From assembly GCF_040215525.1 (NCBI RefSeq), contig NZ_CP157955.1: DNA of 24,000 bases; one strand, written 5' to 3'. How positions within the stretch are numbered: position 1 is the first letter of the stretch; each line of letters begins with the position of its first letter. A program made the position numbers and the translations under genes. The notes below the pieces were generated by a model. The model saw nothing but the letters and a program-made list of their open reading frames with translations, was not told where the DNA came from and made no database searches. This DNA is from Escherichia coli. Its GTDB lineage: Bacteria > Pseudomonadota > Gammaproteobacteria > Enterobacterales > Enterobacteriaceae. Positions 17,439 through 24,000 of this stretch are shown here, piece after piece.

Positions 17439-18293
17439 ATGACTGACAAAATGCAAAGTTTAGCTTTAGCCCCAGTTGGCAACCTGGATTCCTACATCCG
17501 GGCAGCTAACGCGTGGCCGATGTTGTCGGCTGACGAGGAGCGGGCGCTGGCTGAAAAGCTGCATTACCATGGCGATCTGGAAGCAGCTAAAACGCTGATC
17601 CTGTCTCACCTGCGGTTTGTTGTTCATATTGCTCGTAATTATGCGGGCTATGGCCTGCCACAGGCGGATTTGATTCAGGAAGGTAACATCGGCCTGATGA
17701 AAGCAGTGCGCCGTTTTAACCCGGAAGTGGGTGTGCGCCTGGTCTCCTTCGCCGTTCACTGGATCAAAGCAGAGATCCACGAATACGTCCTGCGTAACTG
17801 GCGTATCGTCAAAGTTGCGACCACCAAAGCGCAACGCAAACTGTTCTTCAACCTGCGTAAAACTAAGCAGCGTCTGGGCTGGTTTAACCAGGATGAAGTC
17901 GAAATGGTGGCCCGTGAACTGGGCGTAACCAGCAAAGACGTACGTGAGATGGAATCGCGTATGGCGGCACAGGACATGACCTTTGACCTGTCTTCCGACG
18001 ACGATTCCGACAGCCAGCCGATGGCTCCGGTGCTCTATCTGCAGGATAAATCATCTAACTTTGCCGACGGCATCGAAGATGATAACTGGGAAGAGCAGGC
18101 GGCAAACCGTCTGACCGACGCGATGCAAGGTCTGGACGAGCGTAGTCAGGATATCATCCGCGCGCGCTGGCTGGACGAAGACAACAAGTCCACGTTGCAG
18201 GAGCTGGCTGACCGTTACGGCGTTTCCGCTGAGCGTGTGCGTCAGCTGGAAAAGAACGCGATGAAAAAACTTCGCGCTGCCATTGAAGCGTAA
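17439..18293 (+). CDS. rpoH: Heat-shock sigma factor RpoH (sigma-32)
   Basis: 284-aa ORF with sigma-70-family regions 2-4, the RpoH box [15 protein letters not shown], and a GAGAGGA SD upstream. Confidence 0.98.
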   Translation: MTDKMQSLALAPVGNLDSYIRAANAWPMLSADEERALAEKLHYHGDLEAAKTLILSHLRFVVHIARNYAGYGLPQADLIQEGNIGLMKAVRRFNPEVGVRLVSFAVHWIKAEIHEYVLRNWRIVKVATTKAQRKLFFNLRKTKQRLGWFNQDEVEMVARELGVTSKDVREMESRMAAQDMTFDLSSDDDSDSQPMAPVLYLQDKSSNFADGIEDDNWEEQAANRLTDAMQGLDERSQDIIRARWLDEDNKSTLQELADRYGVSAERVRQLEKNAMKKLRAAIEA

Positions 18294-18312
18294 TTTCCGC
18301 TATTAAGCAGAG

Positions 18313-18346
18313 AACCCTGGATGAGAGTCCGGGGTTTTTGTTTTTT
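18313..18346 (+). terminator. Rho-independent terminator of rpoH
   Basis: AACCCTGGA (18313-18321) pairs with TCCGGGGTT (18328-18336), with one G:U pair. TTTGTTTTTT follows. It begins 20 nt after the rpoH stop. Confidence 0.85.
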
Positions 18347-18513
18347 GGGCCTCTACAATAATCAGTTTCCCCCTCCGGCAAAACGCCAATCCCCACGCAG
18401 ATTGTTAATAAACTGTCAAAATAGCTATTCCAATATCATAAAAATGGGGTATGTTTTAGCAGAGTATGCTGCTAAAGCACGGGTAGCTACGTATAAAACG
18501 AAATAAAGTGCTG

Positions 18514-18534
18514 CACAACAACATCACAACACAC
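18514..18534 (+). promoter_or_regulatory. C/A-rich element in the livJ 5' leader (probable GcvB sRNA target / translational enhancer)
   Basis: CACAACAACATCACAACACAC is read about 30-50 nt upstream of the livJ ATG. Published GcvB targets include livJ and livK, through C/A-rich leader elements. Confidence 0.55.
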
Positions 18535-18564
18535 GTAATAACCAGAAGAGTGGGGATTCTCAGG

Positions 18565-19668
18565 ATGAACATAAAGGGTAAAGCGTTACTGGCAGGATGT
18601 ATCGCGCTGGCATTCAGCAATATGGCTCTGGCAGAAGATATTAAAGTCGCCGTCGTAGGCGCAATGTCCGGTCCGGTGGCGCAGTACGGTGACCAGGAGT
18701 TTACTGGTGCTGAGCAGGCGGTTGCGGATATCAATGCTAAAGGTGGTATCAAAGGCAACAAACTGCAAATCGTGAAATATGACGATGCCTGTGACCCGAA
18801 ACAGGCGGTTGCGGTGGCGAACAAAGTCGTTAACGACGGCATTAAATATGTGATTGGTCACCTCTGTTCTTCATCAACGCAGCCAGCGTCAGACATCTAT
18901 GAAGATGAAGGCATTTTAATGATCACCCCAGCGGCAACCGCGCCAGAGCTGACCGCCCGTGGCTATCAGCTGATCCTGCGCACTACCGGCCTGGACTCCG
19001 ACCAGGGGCCGACGGCGGCGAAATATATTCTTGAGAAAGTGAAACCGCAGCGTATTGCTATCGTCCACGACAAACAGCAGTACGGCGAAGGTCTGGCGCG
19101 TGCGGTGCAGGACGGCCTGAAGAAAGGCAATGCTAACGTGGTGTTCTTTGATGGTATCACCGCTGGGGAAAAAGATTTCTCTACCCTGGTGGCGCGTTTG
19201 AAGAAAGAGAATATCGACTTCGTTTACTACGGTGGTTATCACCCGGAAATGGGGCAAATCCTGCGTCAGGCACGCGCGGCAGGGTTGAAAACTCAGTTTA
19301 TGGGGCCGGAAGGCGTGGCTAACGTCTCGCTGTCTAACATTGCAGGCGAATCAGCGGAAGGGCTGCTGGTGACCAAGCCGAAGAACTACGATCAGGTTCC
19401 GGCGAACAAACCGATTGTTGACGCGATCAAAGCGAAAAAACAGGACCCAAGCGGCGCGTTCGTCTGGACCACCTACGCCGCGCTGCAATCTTTGCAAGCG
19501 GGGCTGAATCAGTCTGACGATCCGGCGGAGATCGCTAAATACCTGAAAGCGAACTCGGTTGATACGGTGATGGGGCCGCTTAGCTGGGATGAGAAAGGCG
19601 ATCTGAAAGGCTTTGAGTTCGGCGTATTTGACTGGCACGCCAACGGCACGGCGACCGATGCGAAGTAA
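18565..19668 (+). CDS. livJ: Leu/Ile/Val-binding periplasmic protein LivJ (ABC substrate-binding protein)
   Basis: ATG at 18565 gives [27 protein letters not shown]..., with a signal peptide, 367 aa. The track ORF from GTG 18508 is an over-extension. Paralogous to livK in this window. Confidence 0.96.
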   Translation: MNIKGKALLAGCIALAFSNMALAEDIKVAVVGAMSGPVAQYGDQEFTGAEQAVADINAKGGIKGNKLQIVKYDDACDPKQAVAVANKVVNDGIKYVIGHLCSSSTQPASDIYEDEGILMITPAATAPELTARGYQLILRTTGLDSDQGPTAAKYILEKVKPQRIAIVHDKQQYGEGLARAVQDGLKKGNANVVFFDGITAGEKDFSTLVARLKKENIDFVYYGGYHPEMGQILRQARAAGLKTQFMGPEGVANVSLSNIAGESAEGLLVTKPKNYDQVPANKPIVDAIKAKKQDPSGAFVWTTYAALQSLQAGLNQSDDPAEIAKYLKANSVDTVMGPLSWDEKGDLKGFEFGVFDWHANGTATDAK

Positions 19669-19726
19669 TCATTAATCGGCAACTTTGGGTTGCCGCCAAA
19701 TTGCTAATATCGAGTACGTTGCTTCA

Positions 19727-19827
<101 letters not shown>

Positions 19828-19855
19828 ATATCACTTGTGAAATCAAACTTGACGA

Positions 19856-20239
19856 TTAACGCTTCTCCCAGCCACCCTGTTGTGCCGTAAATCCCAGTGC
19901 TCGCATAAACGCCGTCATCACGCCGCGATCTTCCACGCCAGCATCCGCCATCCACCAACATGAAACGCCAGGATTGGTACGCAAAACCTCTTCCAGCAGA
20001 TATTGCCCCACACCGCGACGGCGGGTGACTTCCCGCACGCGCAGGGAATCCAGTGCCCCCTCAGTGCCGCTTAAGGTTACCCGCACGGCCGCGAGCAGGC
20101 GCTCGTTAAAACGCGCGGCGTAGATGCGGTGGTTATCGTCAACCTGTAAAGAGGAAGGGGAATATTCCGGCCAGATCTTTTGCAGGTCAATCCGGTCCTG
20201 GTCGCTAAAGTTTTCTAATCGAATGATGGTCAGCTTCAT
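19856..20239 (-). CDS. panM: PanD maturation/regulatory factor PanM (PanZ, YhhK), GNAT fold
   Basis: 127-aa ORF with a GNAT acetyl-CoA-binding motif (RRRGVGQYLL). Located between livJ and livK as in K-12. Confidence 0.92.
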   Translation of the reverse strand: MKLTIIRLENFSDQDRIDLQKIWPEYSPSSLQVDDNHRIYAARFNERLLAAVRVTLSGTEGALDSLRVREVTRRRGVGQYLLEEVLRTNPGVSCWWMADAGVEDRGVMTAFMRALGFTAQQGGWEKR

Positions 20240-20613
20240 GGGGAACCCGTGTAAATCACAAAAGTGGAACCAGTGTAGCGAAATAATTTAATCGGAGGCT
20301 TTCTCTTTTTTATTTCTTTTGGCAGGTGATTAATTTTTTTTCAGCAATAATTACAAAGTTAAAACATTAGAGAATGAAAAATATCCAGCATAATCCCCTA
20401 AATGGTAGTGAATTATTCTGCCCTTTGTACCGTTATTTTATGCTGACAACGGCGCTTTTTTCTGTTTATCTATCAATAAATTCAGAATATTATCTGTTAT
20501 TAATCGACTGAAAAATAGGGATTTTAATCGCTATCATCACAAAATACTGCGCTAAACCCTTAATCAGACAGGTAAAAACAGTGCAGTATAAAAAAAGAAC
20601 AGTCTGATTTGTT

Positions 20614-20644
20614 AACACATAAAAACAAAGCAACACAACATCAC
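20614..20644 (+). promoter_or_regulatory. C/A-rich element in the livK 5' leader (probable GcvB sRNA target)
   Basis: AACACATAAAAACAAAGCAACACAACATCAC is read 19-49 nt upstream of the livK ATG. It shares the CAACACAACATCAC-like core with the livJ leader. Confidence 0.55.
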
Positions 20645-20662
20645 GAATGGGGATTTTTGACT

Positions 20663-21772
20663 ATGAAACGGAATGCGAAAACTATCATCGCAGGGATGAT
20701 TGCACTGACAATTTCACACACCGCTATGGCTGACGATATTAAAGTCGCCGTTGTCGGCGCGATGTCCGGCCCGATTGCCCAGTGGGGCGATATGGAATTT
20801 AACGGCGCGCGTCAGGCAATTAAAGACATTAATGCCAAAGGGGGAATTAAGGGTGATAAACTGGTTGGCGTGGAATATGACGACGCCTGCGACCCGAAAC
20901 AAGCCGTTGCGGTCGCCAACAAAATCGTTAACGACGGCATTAAATATGTTATTGGTCATCTGTGTTCCTCCTCTACCCAACCTCCATCAGATATCTATGA
21001 AGACGAAGGTATTCTGATGATCTCGCCGGGAGCGACCAATCCGGAGCTGACCCAACGCGGTTATCAATACATCATGCGTACTGCCGGGCTGGACTCTTCC
21101 CAGGGGCCAACGGCGGCAAAATACATTCTTGAGACGGTGAAGCCCCAGCGCATCGCCATCATTCACGACAAACAACAGTATGGCGAAGGACTGGCACGTT
21201 CGGTGCAGGACGGGCTGAAAGCGGCTAACGCCAACGTCGTCTTCTTCGACGGCATTACCGCTGGAGAGAAAGATTTCTCCGCGCTGATCGCCCGCCTGAA
21301 AAAAGAAAACATCGACTTCGTTTACTACGGCGGTTACTACCCGGAAATGGGGCAGATGCTGCGCCAGGCCCGTTCCGTTGGCCTGAAAACCCAGTTTATG
21401 GGGCCGGAAGGTGTGGGTAATGCGTCGTTGTCGAATATTGCTGGCGATGCTGCCGAAGGCATGTTGGTCACTATGCCAAAACGCTATGACCAGGATCCGG
21501 CAAATCAGGACATCGTTGATGCGCTGAAAGCAGACAAGAAAGATCCGTCCGGGCCATATGTCTGGATCACTTACGCGGCGGTGCAATCTCTGGCGACTGC
21601 ACTTGAGCGTACCGGCAGCGATGAGCCGCTGGCGCTGGTGAAAGATTTAAAAGCTAACGGTGCAAACACCGTAATTGGGCCGCTGAACTGGGATGAAAAA
21701 GGCGATCTTAAGGGATTTGATTTTGGTGTCTTCCAGTGGCACGCCGACGGTTCATCCACGGCAGCCAAGTGA
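20663..21772 (+). CDS. livK: Leucine-specific periplasmic binding protein LivK
   Basis: ATG at 20663 gives [27 protein letters not shown]..., with a signal peptide, 369 aa. The track ORF from TTG 20609 is an over-extension. First gene of livKHMGF. Confidence 0.96.
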   Translation: MKRNAKTIIAGMIALTISHTAMADDIKVAVVGAMSGPIAQWGDMEFNGARQAIKDINAKGGIKGDKLVGVEYDDACDPKQAVAVANKIVNDGIKYVIGHLCSSSTQPPSDIYEDEGILMISPGATNPELTQRGYQYIMRTAGLDSSQGPTAAKYILETVKPQRIAIIHDKQQYGEGLARSVQDGLKAANANVVFFDGITAGEKDFSALIARLKKENIDFVYYGGYYPEMGQMLRQARSVGLKTQFMGPEGVGNASLSNIAGDAAEGMLVTMPKRYDQDPANQDIVDALKADKKDPSGPYVWITYAAVQSLATALERTGSDEPLALVKDLKANGANTVIGPLNWDEKGDLKGFDFGVFQWHADGSSTAAK

Positions 21773-21780
21773 TCATCCCA

Positions 21781-21801
21781 CTGCCCGTGAAAAACGGGCG
21801 G
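21781..21801 (+). other. Intercistronic stem-loop between livK and livH
   Basis: CTGCCCGT gaaaa ACGGGCGG forms an 8-bp stem including one G:U pair, followed by GTTTA. It lies 9 nt after the livK stop and 19 nt before the livH ATG. Its function (mRNA stabiliser or partial terminator) is inferred. Confidence 0.5.
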
Positions 21802-21819
21802 GTTTAGAAAGGTTACCTT

Positions 21820-22746
21820 ATGTCTGAGCAGTTTTTGTATTTCTTGCAGCAGATGTTTAACGGCGTCACGCTGGGCAGTACCTACGCGCTGATAGCCATC
21901 GGCTACACCATGGTTTACGGCATTATCGGCATGATCAACTTCGCCCACGGTGAGGTTTATATGATCGGCAGCTACGTCTCCTTTATGATCATCGCTGCAC
22001 TGATGATGCTGGGAATTGATACCGGCTGGCTGCTGGTGGCGGCGGGATTCGTTGGCGCAATCGTCATTGCCAGCGCCTACGGTTGGAGTATCGAACGGGT
22101 GGCCTATCGCCCGGTGCGCAACTCCAAGCGCCTGATTGCCCTCATTTCTGCAATCGGTATGTCCATCTTCCTGCAAAACTATGTCAGCCTGACCGAAGGT
22201 TCGCGCGACGTGGCGCTGCCCAGTCTGTTTAACGGTCAGTGGGTGGTGGGGCATAGCGAAAACTTCTCTGCCTCTATTACCACCATGCAGGCGGTGATCT
22301 GGATTGTTACTTTCCTCGCCATGCTGGCGCTGACGATTTTCATTCGCTATTCCCGCATGGGGCGCGCCTGTCGTGCCTGCGCGGAAGATCTGAAAATGGC
22401 GAGCCTGCTTGGCATCAACACCGATCGGGTGATTGCGCTGACCTTTGTGATTGGCGCGGCGATGGCGGCGGTGGCGGGTGTGCTGCTCGGTCAGTTCTAC
22501 GGCGTAATTAACCCCTACATCGGCTTTATGGCCGGGATGAAAGCCTTTACCGCTGCGGTGCTCGGTGGGATTGGCAGCATTCCGGGGGCGATGATTGGCG
22601 GGCTGATCCTGGGGATTGCGGAGGCGCTCTCTTCTGCCTATCTGAGTACGGAATATAAAGATGTGGTCTCATTCGCCCTGCTGATTCTGGTGTTGCTGGT
22701 GATGCCGACCGGTATTCTGGGTCGCCCGGAGGTAGAGAAAGTATGA
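21820..22746 (+). CDS. livH: Branched-chain amino-acid ABC transporter permease LivH
   Basis: 308-aa polytopic membrane ORF recognised as E. coli LivH. Its stop overlaps the livM start (ATGA). Confidence 0.96.
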   Translation: MSEQFLYFLQQMFNGVTLGSTYALIAIGYTMVYGIIGMINFAHGEVYMIGSYVSFMIIAALMMLGIDTGWLLVAAGFVGAIVIASAYGWSIERVAYRPVRNSKRLIALISAIGMSIFLQNYVSLTEGSRDVALPSLFNGQWVVGHSENFSASITTMQAVIWIVTFLAMLALTIFIRYSRMGRACRACAEDLKMASLLGINTDRVIALTFVIGAAMAAVAGVLLGQFYGVINPYIGFMAGMKAFTAAVLGGIGSIPGAMIGGLILGIAEALSSAYLSTEYKDVVSFALLILVLLVMPTGILGRPEVEKV

Positions 22747-24000
22747 AACCGATGCATATTGCAATGGCGCTGCTCTCTGCCGCTATGTTCTTTGTGCTGG
22801 CGGGCGTCTTTATGGGCGTGCAACTGGAGCTGGATGGCACCAAACTGGTGGTCGACACGGCTTCAGAGATCCGTTGGCAGTGGGTGTTTATCGGCACGGC
22901 GGTGGTCTTTTTCTTCCAGCTTTTGCGACCGGCTTTCCAGAAAGGGCTAAAAAGCGTTTCCGGGCCGAAGTTTATTCTGCCCGCGATTGATGGCTCCACG
23001 GTGAAGCAGAAACTGTTCCTCGTGGCGCTGCTGGTGCTTGCGGTGGCGTGGCCGTTTATGGTGTCACGCGGGACGGTGGATATCGCCACCCTGACCATGA
23101 TCTACATTATTCTTGGTCTCGGGCTGAACGTGGTGGTAGGGCTTTCTGGTCTGCTGGTGCTGGGATACGGCGGCTTTTACGCCATCGGCGCTTACACTTT
23201 TGCGCTGCTCAATCACTATTACGGTCTGGGCTTCTGGACCTGTCTGCCGATTGCCGGGTTGATGGCGGCGGCGGCGGGCTTCCTGCTCGGCTTCCCGGTG
23301 TTGCGTCTGCGCGGTGACTATCTGGCGATCGTTACCCTCGGTTTCGGCGAAATTGTGCGCATATTGCTGCTCAATAACACTGAAATCACCGGCGGTCCGA
23401 ACGGAATCAGTCAGATCCCCAAACCGACACTCTTCGGACTCGAGTTCAGTCGTACTGCCCGCGAAGGCGGCTGGGACACGTTCAGTAATTTCTTTGGCCT
23501 GAAATACGATCCCTCCGATCGCGTCATTTTCCTCTACCTGGTGGCGTTGCTGCTGGTGGTGTTAAGCCTGTTTGTCATTAACCGCCTGCTGCGGATGCCG
23601 CTGGGCCGCGCGTGGGAAGCGTTGCGTGAAGATGAAATCGCTTGTCGTTCGCTGGGCTTAAGCCCGCGTCGTATCAAGCTGACTGCTTTTACCATCAGTG
23701 CCGCGTTTGCCGGTTTTGCCGGAACGCTGTTCGCGGCGCGTCAGGGCTTTGTCAGTCCGGAATCCTTCACCTTTGCCGAATCGGCGTTTGTGCTGGCGAT
23801 AGTGGTGCTCGGCGGTATGGGCTCGCAATTTGCAGTGATTCTGGCGGCAGTTCTGCTGGTGGTATCGCGCGAGTTGATGCGTGATTTCAACGAATACAGC
23901 ATGTTAATGCTCGGTGGTTTGATGGTGCTGATGATGATCTGGCGTCCGCAGGGTTTGCTGCCCATGACGCGCCCGCAACTCAAGCTGAAGAACGGCGCAG
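22743..24000 (+). CDS. livM: Branched-chain amino-acid ABC transporter permease LivM (3' end truncated by the window; about 6 codons missing)
   Basis: Absent from ORF track because it has no in-window stop. My translation from ATG 22743 is [41 protein letters not shown]... and runs to ...[22 protein letters not shown], open to the window end. Recognised as E. coli LivM (425 aa). Confidence 0.93.
   Translation, partial: MKPMHIAMALLSAAMFFVLAGVFMGVQLELDGTKLVVDTASEIRWQWVFIGTAVVFFFQLLRPAFQKGLKSVSGPKFILPAIDGSTVKQKLFLVALLVLAVAWPFMVSRGTVDIATLTMIYIILGLGLNVVVGLSGLLVLGYGGFYAIGAYTFALLNHYYGLGFWTCLPIAGLMAAAAGFLLGFPVLRLRGDYLAIVTLGFGEIVRILLLNNTEITGGPNGISQIPKPTLFGLEFSRTAREGGWDTFSNFFGLKYDPSDRVIFLYLVALLLVVLSLFVINRLLRMPLGRAWEALREDEIACRSLGLSPRRIKLTAFTISAAFAGFAGTLFAARQGFVSPESFTFAESAFVLAIVVLGGMGSQFAVILAAVLLVVSRELMRDFNEYSMLMLGGLMVLMMIWRPQGLLPMTRPQLKLKNGA

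Noticed and set aside
19677-19695. Hairpin CGGCAAC-tttgg-GTTGCCG 9 nt after the livJ stop, as the livJ intrinsic terminator.
   Set aside because: The 7-bp stem is real, but it is followed by CCAAATTG rather than a T-tract. The downstream BIME is at least as likely to define the livJ 3' end. Left unannotated as a terminator.
20240-20662. The AT-rich 423-bp panM-livK gap as a horizontally acquired or remnant mobile fragment.
   Set aside because: It has no terminal repeats and no coding remnant with similarity to mobile genes. It is the expected position of the Lrp-regulated livK control region, and AT-rich curved DNA is typical of Lrp/H-NS-bound promoters.
20987-23098. Three long minus-strand ORFs (199, 227 and 183 aa) antisense to livK, livH and livM.
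   Set aside because: The sense-strand genes are unambiguous. The antisense ORFs have His/Arg/Gly-rich nonsense composition, typical of frame -1 or -3 shadows of high-GC3 genes.

Overview
This window looks like ordinary, well-studied enterobacterial core chromosome, and I found no novel system in it. From protein sequences, motifs and gene order I recognise the Escherichia coli / Shigella nik-to-liv segment (K-12 b3456-b3480), read as the reverse complement of the K-12 orientation. This rests on my recollection of the K-12 map and proteins, not on a search.

Gene order:
- nikE (partial), nikD, nikC, nikB, nikA (-)
- acpT (-), yhhT (-), yhhS (+), dcrB (-), yhhQ (-), tusA (+), zntA (-)
- yhhN (-), yhhM (+), yhhL (-), rsmD (-)
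- ftsY, ftsE, ftsX (+), rpoH (+), livJ (+), panM (-), livK, livH, livM (partial) (+)

The order is collinear with K-12. Every gene appears intact at the expected length, apart from small strain-level differences. Two genes run off the window edges and are missing from the ORF track: nikE at the start and livM at the end.

I found no rRNA, tRNA, CRISPR array, integrase, transposase, IS end or inserted accessory island. All intergenic gaps are short and are mostly accounted for by promoters, operators or known repeat families.

The parts worth a second look are regulatory and small-scale:
- a preQ1-I-type riboswitch-like pseudoknot in the yhhQ leader
- the NikR/FNR-controlled nik promoter
- the MerR-type (ZntR) zntA promoter, with a 22-bp perfect palindrome in a 20-bp spacer
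- the multi-input rpoH control region: a sigma-E promoter overlapped by a perfect DnaA box and an inverted repeat
- C/A-rich leaders on the paralogous livJ and livK genes
- a BoxC-like GC-rich repeat and a REP/BIME element
- two overlapping palindromes upstream of ftsY
- unusually tight convergent gene junctions

The ORF track lists seven genes with N-terminal extensions; I trimmed these to starts supported by a Shine-Dalgarno (SD) sequence or by my recollection of the K-12 start. All coordinates for small sites were counted by eye.
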